From a virus: DNA of 64,000 bases. Position 1 is the first letter of the stretch, and the number at the start of each line of letters is the position of its first letter. Below are positions 35,642 through 44,554 of the stretch, in pieces. The DNA is taken from the IMG/VR virus record IMGVR_UViG_3300021425_000006; one strand, written 5' to 3'. The position numbers and the translations under genes are program-made. The notes beneath the pieces were generated by a model, which saw only the letters and a list, made by a program, of their open reading frames with translations, was not told the origin of the DNA and searched no databases.

Positions 35642-37312
35642 ATGCAAAAAATATTTAGTGTACCTTTAAACCCTAAACTTACTCCTGAACAATTTCAAGA
35701 GTATTATGATTTTTTAAAGACGTACAAACATCTTATATACGATGTATACTTTACAAGTAGAATACCGCCTTTTGTGCAAGATGCAATGGGTGATATTTTC
35801 ATGCATAATGAGGATTATTCATATGCAATTAATACAGCACTGTATATTCAAAAAGAAATAGGTATACCGATTAGTGCTACATTTAATAATACTACAGTAC
35901 CTCCAACACAGTCTAATTTAGATACACTTATTAGAAACTTTAAACCTTTGTATGATGCAGGCGTAAAAACTGTAACTATTCCGCATACACACTGGATGGC
36001 AACAGGACAAATTAAAAAAGCATTTCCTGAATTACAAGTTAAAAATACAATTTTAAGAGATGTACGTACCGCCAGTGAAATAGTTAATCTTGCTAAAGTA
36101 GGATTTGATTACATTAATCTTGATAGAGATTTAATGCGTGATAGAGATACATTACTACGCTTAAAAGAGGCAAAAGACTGGATTAAAGTTAATTTAGGAA
36201 AAGAAATAAAGTATAGTTTACTTGCTAATGAAGGATGTTTAGGAAACTGTCCAATGATGGTTGAACATTTTGAGTTTAATAATACAAGGCAAGACCCAAC
36301 ACCACAATACTTTAATGATCCTATTAGTCGTGTTAGTTGTCCAAAATGGGACGTATTAGATCCTTCAGTTCATTTGAAAACAGCAGACCTTCCACCATGG
36401 AAAGAAGACTGGGAAGAATTTTTAAACGACTTAGGTATTGATGTATTTAAAATGCACGGACGTGAAGCAATACCAAGACTTTACGAAACAATGGAAATAA
36501 TTCGTAAATGGGATAGAGACGAAGAAATTGTTGCAGCAGGATTTGAAACATATCTTGAAGAAACAAATTTAAAAGACAAGCCTATTAATATATGGCGTGA
36601 CAAAATTAAAAATTGTAAATTTGATTGTTGGGAATGTCAATATTGTGATAAAATTTATAAGGCTAAGTCAGACTTAGATCATAGTGATATTATTAAACAT
36701 GTAGCATCAGTTATTGCTGATAGCGGAGTACCTAAGATAAAAGTTGATGTACCAGGTTTAACAAGTCCAAGAGTACAAACAGTATTAAATGGCATTGCAC
36801 AAGGAGTTGGCAGTTATTTAGAAATTGGCTCATACTTAGGTGCTACAATGTGTTCAGTTATTAAAGATAATCCTATAAATGCTATTGCTATTGATCAATG
36901 GGAAGAACAAATTCAACCCCAAAAAGACGAAACACTTCCACCAAACAATCTTGAAGAATTTAAAAAGAACATTGAAAGGTATCAACCTCAGTCAGGAGGT
37001 GTAACTGTAATTAATGCTGATATGATGTCAGTTGATACAACCCCTTGGCAAAAGCAAGTACAGATGTTCTTCTATGACGGGCCTCACGATGCTGAAAGTA
37101 CACGCGATGCTGTTATACATTATTGGAATACATTTGCAAATGAAGTTGTTTTAATATTTGACGATGCTAATTGGGATGGAGTTGTTGAAGGTGCGAGAGA
37201 AGCAATCAATGCTTGTGAAGGATTAGTGACATATGAGAAAATATTACTAAACAGTGAAGAGAATCCAAAAGAATGGTGGAACGGATTATACATATTGGTT
37301 GTTAGAACATGA
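35642..37312 (+). CDS. Peptidase U32-like (Fe-S hydroxylase family) domain fused to class I SAM methyltransferase (Methyltransf_24-like)
   Basis: INLDRD..RD, LLANEGCLGNCP, FKMHGRE, CKFDCWECQYC; C-terminal YLEIGSYLGAT, FFYDGPH, IFDDANW. Confidence 0.7.
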   Translation: MQKIFSVPLNPKLTPEQFQEYYDFLKTYKHLIYDVYFTSRIPPFVQDAMGDIFMHNEDYSYAINTALYIQKEIGIPISATFNNTTVPPTQSNLDTLIRNFKPLYDAGVKTVTIPHTHWMATGQIKKAFPELQVKNTILRDVRTASEIVNLAKVGFDYINLDRDLMRDRDTLLRLKEAKDWIKVNLGKEIKYSLLANEGCLGNCPMMVEHFEFNNTRQDPTPQYFNDPISRVSCPKWDVLDPSVHLKTADLPPWKEDWEEFLNDLGIDVFKMHGREAIPRLYETMEIIRKWDRDEEIVAAGFETYLEETNLKDKPINIWRDKIKNCKFDCWECQYCDKIYKAKSDLDHSDIIKHVASVIADSGVPKIKVDVPGLTSPRVQTVLNGIAQGVGSYLEIGSYLGATMCSVIKDNPINAIAIDQWEEQIQPQKDETLPPNNLEEFKKNIERYQPQSGGVTVINADMMSVDTTPWQKQVQMFFYDGPHDAESTRDAVIHYWNTFANEVVLIFDDANWDGVVEGAREAINACEGLVTYEKILLNSEENPKEWWNGLYILVVRT

Positions 37313-37896
37313 TACATAACTTTTTTAGTACTCCTATATACATTGATGCTGATCGAGACAATACAGTTGAATCAGAATTATCATCAATTATACCTAAACT
37401 AGAATTTAAGAACGATTGGCAACCTCATAATGATACAGCAAATACTACGTTTATACCTAATAAACAAACTAATATAATAGAAGATTATAAATTACTTAAC
37501 ACTAAAAAATTAATTCTTAAGCATGTCAAAAAGTATCTTAATGATGCACAACAGTCTATCGAAGATGACTATCAAATAGCAGAGTCGTGGTTAAATATAT
37601 TTGAGAAAGATAATAATATCGGACTACATGAACACGGGTACCAGCCTAATACAGTTAGTGGTGTATACTATCATAAAGCTGATAAAGATTGCGGAATGAT
37701 TTCTTTTAAAAGTCCAAATCCGTTTGTTATTTCTTTCCCTCATAGGTGTGAACAGTATAGTAACATTGTTAGAGTTCCGCCAGAGCAAGGAATGATAATA
37801 TTATTTCCTAGTTGGTTACAACATAAAGTGGAGCCAAATAAAGCAGGTAAAGATAGAGTGTCTTTATCTTTTAACATAGAATTTTTATATAGGTAG
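37309..37896 (+). CDS. 2OG-Fe(II) oxygenase-like protein (TIGR02466-type)
   Basis: SWLN...HEH...SGVYY...FPSWLQHKV.PN...RVSLSFN. Confidence 0.85.
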   Translation: MIHNFFSTPIYIDADRDNTVESELSSIIPKLEFKNDWQPHNDTANTTFIPNKQTNIIEDYKLLNTKKLILKHVKKYLNDAQQSIEDDYQIAESWLNIFEKDNNIGLHEHGYQPNTVSGVYYHKADKDCGMISFKSPNPFVISFPHRCEQYSNIVRVPPEQGMIILFPSWLQHKVEPNKAGKDRVSLSFNIEFLYR

Positions 37897-37900
37897 ATGA

Positions 37901-39415
37901 ATGTTTTTAAATAAAGTCAAAAAAATTGTAATATTTGGCGGCGGAACAAGTGGATGGTTATCTGCAGCATATCTAAGAAATCAATTACAAGTTCCAGCTG
38001 AAATTGTATTAATTGAAGACTCAGATGCAGGACCAATTGGCGTTGGTGAAGGTACACAACCATTAACAGCAGAATTTTTATGGCGTTGCGGAATTCCACC
38101 TCACAAGTGGATGAATGCTAGTGATGCATCATTTAAGTATGGGGTTGAATGCATTGGGTGGAACGATGAGCCTTATTTTGTTGACAATGACACCGCTGTA
38201 AATAGTGTAATTGCTGAAGACTTTTTCTACTCAGACTATTTTATAGATAAACCTTATTCAGAATTAGCAGAATGGCATCCAGCATATCGACTTGCTAAAG
38301 CAAATAAATCTTTAAAGTATGAAGATTATCTAGATGTTAATACAGGTATGGGACCAAGTGGTTTTGGCTCTGTACATTTTTCTGCATATCAAATTATTAA
38401 AACAATCAAAGATCTAATAATTGACGATATTACATATATTGATACTAAAATTACAAGTATTACAAAAAATGAAAATGGTATTGAATATTTAATAAATGAA
38501 GAAGGCGAAAAATATACAGGTGATTTATTTTTAGACTGTACAGGATTTAGTAGTTTATTACTTGAAAAAGAGTTAGGATCAAAATGGCAGTCATTTAACG
38601 ATTTAGGATTACTTACTGATAGAGCTGTAATGATACAGACACAATATACTAATCCTCAAGAAGAATGTCATCCTTATACAAAAGCAACCACAATGGATGC
38701 AGGCTGGTGCTTTACTATTCCTATCTTTACAAGAGTTGGTAACGGATACATATATTCAAGTAAACATATTAGCGACGAAGATGCCGAAGCAGAACTAAGA
38801 AAACATTTAGGTGAGTATGTTGCACCAGCTAAACACTTAAAGATGAAGTGTGGTGCCCATCATGAGATTGCTTTAAAAAATGTAGTAGGAGTTGGTCTTA
38901 GTGCAGGCTTTGTTGAGCCATTAGAAGCAACAGGAATTACATTTACAACAGCACTAGTACATAGTTTAACTGATTTATTAAATGCAAATAATAATGTTTG
39001 GTCTGACCAAGCCAAGCATTTAATGAATCAAGGCTTTGGTGAAATGTCTGCAGAAATATTTACATTTGTTTGGGCACATTATCACTATAGTACAAGAAGC
39101 GATACAGAATTTTGGAAAGAAGTACGTAGTCAAAAAATTGAAGATAGACCAAGGTTTGTAAAAGAGATACTTGGAGCATTTTTGCCTCGACCACAAAGAT
39201 TTCTACATTTAACACCAAGCAGTATGTTCTGTGTTACGCAATGGTTTAGTATGCTTCATGCTGGCGGAGCATATGAAGGAACAGAGTCTGCGTTAACTGA
39301 CAAACAAAAAAAATATGCTGAGTATTTTTGTAAATCGCATACCGCTAGAGTAGAACTAGCAGAAGATATGTTTTTAAATCATTATGATTATCTAAAAGAA
39401 TGGTATGAAAGATGA
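37901..39415 (+). CDS. Flavin-dependent halogenase (tryptophan halogenase family)
   Basis: GGGTSG FAD loop, IGVGEGT, ASFKYG (catalytic Lys position), DCTGF, WCFTIP, GFVEPLEATG. Confidence 0.88.
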   Translation: MFLNKVKKIVIFGGGTSGWLSAAYLRNQLQVPAEIVLIEDSDAGPIGVGEGTQPLTAEFLWRCGIPPHKWMNASDASFKYGVECIGWNDEPYFVDNDTAVNSVIAEDFFYSDYFIDKPYSELAEWHPAYRLAKANKSLKYEDYLDVNTGMGPSGFGSVHFSAYQIIKTIKDLIIDDITYIDTKITSITKNENGIEYLINEEGEKYTGDLFLDCTGFSSLLLEKELGSKWQSFNDLGLLTDRAVMIQTQYTNPQEECHPYTKATTMDAGWCFTIPIFTRVGNGYIYSSKHISDEDAEAELRKHLGEYVAPAKHLKMKCGAHHEIALKNVVGVGLSAGFVEPLEATGITFTTALVHSLTDLLNANNNVWSDQAKHLMNQGFGEMSAEIFTFVWAHYHYSTRSDTEFWKEVRSQKIEDRPRFVKEILGAFLPRPQRFLHLTPSSMFCVTQWFSMLHAGGAYEGTESALTDKQKKYAEYFCKSHTARVELAEDMFLNHYDYLKEWYER

Positions 39416-39993
39416 CATCAATATTAACGGCTAAGTTTTTTCATAACGAAAATGTAGGTACAGAAGCACAAGTATCTCAACTACTCGATGATATTAATAG
39501 TGTTTATGATGCAACACCTTCAACAGATGCTACTAATCTAGACTGTTGGAGATCTTCGCATGTCTATGAAAATATAAGTTGGCTAACTGATGCAATTATA
39601 GATCTAGTAAACGAAAATGTTGATTACTATAGTGAATTAGATAGTATTTTTGCAAAACTAATGACAAAACACAATCGTAAATATATTTTAACTTACTGGA
39701 CTAACGTAAATAAACCAGGAAGTAGAAATGTAATGCATAGTCATAAAGACGCAATATTTTCTGGTGTATACTATGTAAAAGGTGCAGATACTGGAGACTT
39801 AAGAATAGTTAATCCGGCTAACGTACTAGGAGATTGCGATAGTGCTTCACCATTTGTTAGAGACTTTTATTTTTCTCCGGCAGACAAAGATCTAATAATG
39901 TGGCCAAGTTGGCTACCGCATGAAGTAGAAACAAATAAACATGCAAGTAAAAATAGAATTAATATAGCATTTGATATTAGGATAGCAAAATGA
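39412..39993 (+). CDS. 2OG-Fe(II) oxygenase-like protein (TIGR02466-type)
   Basis: WTNVN.PG..N..HSH...SGVYY...WPSWLPHEV..N...RINIAFD. Confidence 0.85.
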   Translation: MTSILTAKFFHNENVGTEAQVSQLLDDINSVYDATPSTDATNLDCWRSSHVYENISWLTDAIIDLVNENVDYYSELDSIFAKLMTKHNRKYILTYWTNVNKPGSRNVMHSHKDAIFSGVYYVKGADTGDLRIVNPANVLGDCDSASPFVRDFYFSPADKDLIMWPSWLPHEVETNKHASKNRINIAFDIRIAK

Positions 39994-40727
39994 AAAAGAT
40001 ACAATTTTTCTCGTCAATTCCTGGTGTAGCAGACGCATGTCCAATTATACCTGCAAGTAAGTACATTACTAACTGGCAAAAGCGAGCTAGAGAAGACTAT
40101 AAAACATCGTCAAAAAGATCAAAAGGTAGGATGGATCATATTGCTCAATGCCCGGGCATATTTGATTTAAACAAACATGGATATATCTTACCAATGTGGC
40201 ATGATGTTTTAATTGAGACTATGGGCGACGGCAAAGAATTTAAGTGGACAGTTCCAACATCAGATATTCACGAGCTTGCTGAAGGTAAAGAAATTCTTAG
40301 TAAGCAACAAACTGGAGTTGAAACACTAATGCCAGTTAAACCTTGGAGCATGACTTCACTAATTAAATTTAACACACCTTGGAATGTTATTGCACCTAAA
40401 GGGGTTAAATTTATAATGATACCAATTGCATATCCTGATAGTTTTGAGTTTGAAAGTAGTATAGGTATATTAGATCCAAGTGTAAGTACTGAGTTAAATG
40501 TTCAAGCATTTTACAATATTCCTAAAGGAGAGTATTTGCTTAAAGCAGGAACACCTTTAGCACAAATTATACCATTATCAGAGCAACAGTTTGAGTTAGT
40601 AGTAAGAGATAAAAATGCAAGTGACGAGCTTTGGTTAAAAAAGAAACAATTTATTATGAACTTTACATTTAAAATTAAACGTAACTTAGTTCAAGATATA
40701 TACAATAAACATTTTGGAGGAAAATAA
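39990..40727 (+). CDS. DUF6065-like / dUTPase-fold hypothetical protein
   Basis: CPGIFD...GYILPMW.D, KF.TPW...PKG, GILD, KAGTPLAQIIP. Confidence 0.55.
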   Translation: MKKIQFFSSIPGVADACPIIPASKYITNWQKRAREDYKTSSKRSKGRMDHIAQCPGIFDLNKHGYILPMWHDVLIETMGDGKEFKWTVPTSDIHELAEGKEILSKQQTGVETLMPVKPWSMTSLIKFNTPWNVIAPKGVKFIMIPIAYPDSFEFESSIGILDPSVSTELNVQAFYNIPKGEYLLKAGTPLAQIIPLSEQQFELVVRDKNASDELWLKKKQFIMNFTFKIKRNLVQDIYNKHFGGK

Positions 40728-41170
40728 TGGCTATCGAAGAATTTGCAACAGAAGAGTTAAGCATTTTTACAATTAAGAAAAAAGAAGTAAAAGACTCCTA
40801 TACTATGCGTAAGTTCCAACGAGATCGCTTACGATCACAAGTATTATTAACTCAACTATTAGACGAGAAAGATCTTATTCTATTTTATATTGATGAAGAA
40901 GGTATAGAGCAACATACTGTTGCAACTAGAAATTCACATCGCCAGCCTTTAAAAGAAGAACCTATAACAATGGAAGAATATAAAAAGGGTCCTGTTGAAG
41001 AAATTCAACATATTAGTTTTCTTAAAATACCGGGCTACACACCAATGGTATTGCATGTTGATTGTATTACTAAATTTATTTTAGCGACTCATAATATTTA
41101 CGAAATACTTAATCCTCAAACACCACCAGAAGATTTGCACGGATCAAACATCAAACAAGAGCAAATATAA
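40727..41170 (+). CDS. Hypothetical protein
   Basis: TAATG-coupled ORF with SD GGAGG. Confidence 0.7.
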   Translation: MAIEEFATEELSIFTIKKKEVKDSYTMRKFQRDRLRSQVLLTQLLDEKDLILFYIDEEGIEQHTVATRNSHRQPLKEEPITMEEYKKGPVEEIQHISFLKIPGYTPMVLHVDCITKFILATHNIYEILNPQTPPEDLHGSNIKQEQI

Positions 41171-41185
41171 GTAGACACGTACAGA

Positions 41186-41191
41186 TAAATA
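41186..41191 (+). promoter_or_regulatory. TAAATA late promoter
   Basis: GATAAATA upstream of SD AAGGAG and ATG 41214. Confidence 0.7.
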
Positions 41192-41213
41192 CTCTATATA
41201 AAGGAGTTTTTTA

Positions 41214-42533
41214 ATGGCATCAAATCAAGCACCAGTTGTCGATAGAATTAGAATAATTCCTAGACCTGACGACTTTTTAGATAGAAATGTTGGTTCTAGT
41301 GGTGAAGTATTCTTTAATAAAGCAACAAATTCATTAAGAGTGTACAGTGGCGCAATAGCTGGTGGCTACGAACTAGTTACGTCAGATTTAGCAAACGTAA
41401 CCAATGATGCACTACTAACAAAAGCAACTACAGCAGGCCTTGCTAAAACAGACTTAACTAATATTGCTGACAGTGACTTTTTAACAAAAGCAAACCAAGC
41501 AGGAATAACAGCAGGATCAGGCGGAGCAAGTATTGACGTTTCTGCAACTGTTCCTAGTTCACCATCTGAAGGGAGCATTTGGCTAAACAGTAATACTGGA
41601 GCATTGTATGTTTACATTACCGATGTAGATGGTTCTCAATGGATTCAGCCAGTAGTTGGAGTAACCACAGGCGGTGGCGGCAGTGGCGACACTAATCAAA
41701 ACGCATTTAGCAACTTTGCAATAGCAGGACAATCTACAGTAACAGCTGCAACTACAACCGATACAGTAAATTTTGCTGCAGGTTCTGGCATGACTATTAC
41801 TACTAGCGGAGATACTATTACGTTTGCCTCAACAGGTGGAGGTGGCGGCGGTGGAATTGCCTTAACAGATTTATCTATTACTACAGCAAGTGCAAATGCT
41901 ACGCCATCATTAGTATACGATGACACTACCGGAGTATTTACATACACGCCACCTGCTATAGACAATTTTATTACAGCAAGCAGTACCGACGAGCTTACAA
42001 ATAAAACCGGAAACATTAGTCAATGGACTAATGATGCAAACTATCTAACTTCAACTGTTGAAACAGATACATTAGATAGTGTGACTGGCAGAGGTGCTAC
42101 TACAACTAATGATATTACAGTAGGCGATATAACTGCTGATGCATATATTAATGCAGGCACAGGTTCACCAACATTTACTAGTGCTAGTTCAATAACACTA
42201 ACAGCACCAGACGGTGTAATATCAAATGGTGTCTTTGCTCCTATGTACACTGGGTTAGTAAAAGGATCTTCAAATCCAGTTACAGTAATTGGACAAGGAG
42301 TTAGTATTACAAGTGTTGCTGACAACGGCCTAGGTGATTATACTTTAACTTTTAGTAGTCCACTTGCTGCTGACACTGATAGTTTTGGATTAATAGGATC
42401 TGCACAAAATCAATCAAGTTCAGCAACAGTATCATTTGTTAAAACAAGTACTACTGTAATTCGAATATACGTACATGATGCATCTGGCACGAACATAGAC
42501 GCTGATGTGTTTCTTACGATTTATGAGATTTAA
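41214..42533 (+). CDS. Tail fibre-like structural protein
   Basis: P.SP.EG.IWLNS.TG.LYVY..D.D.SQW, poly-Gly linkers, TLDSVTGRGATT, G.GDY.LTF C-terminal domain. Confidence 0.7.
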   Translation: MASNQAPVVDRIRIIPRPDDFLDRNVGSSGEVFFNKATNSLRVYSGAIAGGYELVTSDLANVTNDALLTKATTAGLAKTDLTNIADSDFLTKANQAGITAGSGGASIDVSATVPSSPSEGSIWLNSNTGALYVYITDVDGSQWIQPVVGVTTGGGGSGDTNQNAFSNFAIAGQSTVTAATTTDTVNFAAGSGMTITTSGDTITFASTGGGGGGGIALTDLSITTASANATPSLVYDDTTGVFTYTPPAIDNFITASSTDELTNKTGNISQWTNDANYLTSTVETDTLDSVTGRGATTTNDITVGDITADAYINAGTGSPTFTSASSITLTAPDGVISNGVFAPMYTGLVKGSSNPVTVIGQGVSITSVADNGLGDYTLTFSSPLAADTDSFGLIGSAQNQSSSATVSFVKTSTTVIRIYVHDASGTNIDADVFLTIYEI

Positions 42534-42535
42534 CA

Positions 42536-44533
42536 ATGAGTGAAAAGGAATATGTTGTTGTTGTTAATCGAGGTGAAGACTTAGAGGCATTTGATGCTGA
42601 ACTAGAAGCATCAACAGGTTCTGGACCAATACCAAATAGATCAGTAGAAGTTGCTAATCCAAGACCTGGATCAGATCGCATGACTCACTGGTTGCTTACT
42701 GACGACGAAGCAGAAGAATTAAAAAAAGATCCACGAGTATATTGTGTAGAAATACCTGTTGATCAAAGAGACGATATCCAGATTGGATACGCGGCTAGGC
42801 AAACAGGAACATTTTATAGAGGTTCAAATTTACAATCAAGTTATGTGAATTGGGGCTTAAGAAGATGTACAGCAATTGATAACTCAACATTTGGATTTCA
42901 AACTACACTAACTGGAGATTACGATTATGCTATTGACGGTACTGGAGTTGATGTTGTAATACAAGACAGTGGTATACAAGCAGATCACCCAGAATGGGTT
43001 AGTACTAAAGACGAACTCATTGACACTGTACAAGGCGGTGTTGCTACATTTAATTTTATTGATAACAACATAGCAACTAATGATATATACGTACCATATT
43101 ATCAATTCGCAAATCCTACAGCTAATTATATTGCTTCAATGACAGGCACACCTTGGGCAAACGGACAATATGATGGTGCCGAATTTTTAATACGATTTGT
43201 TTTAGCAGACGGCAAGACTGTAGAAAGAACTAGAATATTCGGAGGCATAGGAAACGGTACAGTAACTGCAGAAAAAAATACTTTTGAACTTAGTCTAGCA
43301 GGTACAATACATATTGAACAAACTAGCGAAGATTTAAGACTTGCTTTTACTTCCGGTGGATACACTCAAAACGGAGTAATACAGTTATGGTTAAAAGCCG
43401 GACAGACTAGAATGCGTCAAATAGATTGGTACGGTGCAAGTGGACTTAGTGGTACACAAAATGCAAATCATTATAGAGATGCTGACGGCCACGGAACACA
43501 TGTTGCAGGTATAGCAACAGGTAAAACATATGGTTGGGCTAAAGGTGCTCATGTTTATTCACAAAAGTTAAATGGACTTGAAACACTTTCCGGATCTGAC
43601 GGAACAGGAATTGCAATATCAGATGCGTTTGATGCTATAAGATTATGGCATAACAATAAACCAAAAGACCCAGTTACTGGCGCAAAACGCCCAACAGTTG
43701 TTAATATGAGTTGGGGGTACAGTAGCGTTATAACAACTAATCCTGATTTTGGCACTTATAGAGGTTCAGCATGGACATGGGGATCTACATATACAGATCG
43801 ATATGTATTATGGGCAGCTACTGGTGTACCAACAGCAACTGAAGGCAGCGGCTTTAGAATGCCAGTCCGTGTAGGATCAATTGATGCTGAAATTGAAGCC
43901 ATGATTGATGCCGGCATACATGTTTGTATTGCTGCTGGTAATACTCCAATGAAGCATGATGTTTCAAATGGATTAGATTATAATAATGTTGTAGTATTTA
44001 ATGCTGTATCTTACGAGTACCATAGAGGAAGTTCACCGTATAGTGACCGTGCATTAAATGTAGGTAATATTGACAGTAGTATTCAAGCGTCAGGAGGAAG
44101 TTATTACGATAAGACAGCAACATCATCTATTAGAGGCCCTGCTGTAAATATATGGGCTCCGGGAAATGGAGTAGTAAGCACAGCAAGTAATATAGGTGAT
44201 GCTTCGTATACTACAATAGATTATCCAGATGATGATAATTATAAAATTATGAATATCGGAGGCACTTCAATGGCGTCTCCTCAAGTAGCAGGTCTTGTAG
44301 CATTAAAGGCCCAATCAACACCAACAGCAAGTCCAGATAAATTGCGTCAAGATATTATTAATGATGCAAAAGATGTAGTATATAACACAGGTTCTAGTAC
44401 TGATTATGATAATTTAAATCAGAGCTTGTTAGGTTCTGAACCTAACATAATGTTTTCCAAGTATGCGGTATATAATCCAATGTCTTATACAGGACCTCTA
44501 ACAATTCGTAACGTTGGACCTCGATTGCGATAA
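42536..44533 (+). CDS. Subtilisin-like serine protease (S8), probably virion-associated
   Basis: Catalytic triad motifs VVIQDSG, HGTHVAG, GTSMASPQVAG; oxyanion motif AAGN. Confidence 0.92.
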   Translation: MSEKEYVVVVNRGEDLEAFDAELEASTGSGPIPNRSVEVANPRPGSDRMTHWLLTDDEAEELKKDPRVYCVEIPVDQRDDIQIGYAARQTGTFYRGSNLQSSYVNWGLRRCTAIDNSTFGFQTTLTGDYDYAIDGTGVDVVIQDSGIQADHPEWVSTKDELIDTVQGGVATFNFIDNNIATNDIYVPYYQFANPTANYIASMTGTPWANGQYDGAEFLIRFVLADGKTVERTRIFGGIGNGTVTAEKNTFELSLAGTIHIEQTSEDLRLAFTSGGYTQNGVIQLWLKAGQTRMRQIDWYGASGLSGTQNANHYRDADGHGTHVAGIATGKTYGWAKGAHVYSQKLNGLETLSGSDGTGIAISDAFDAIRLWHNNKPKDPVTGAKRPTVVNMSWGYSSVITTNPDFGTYRGSAWTWGSTYTDRYVLWAATGVPTATEGSGFRMPVRVGSIDAEIEAMIDAGIHVCIAAGNTPMKHDVSNGLDYNNVVVFNAVSYEYHRGSSPYSDRALNVGNIDSSIQASGGSYYDKTATSSIRGPAVNIWAPGNGVVSTASNIGDASYTTIDYPDDDNYKIMNIGGTSMASPQVAGLVALKAQSTPTASPDKLRQDIINDAKDVVYNTGSSTDYDNLNQSLLGSEPNIMFSKYAVYNPMSYTGPLTIRNVGPRLR

Positions 44534-44536
44534 ATA
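44531..44536 (+). promoter_or_regulatory. TAAATA late promoter overlapping the subtilase stop codon
   Basis: CGATAAATA, SD AAGGA, ATG 44555. Confidence 0.6.
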
Positions 44537-44554
44537 TAAAAAAGGAACTATATA

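Noticed and set aside
42998-43396. Intein in the subtilase (also considered for the insert at 5991-6434 and for terL)
   Set aside because: No Cys/Ser-start block A and no His-Asn C-terminus; terL is of normal length
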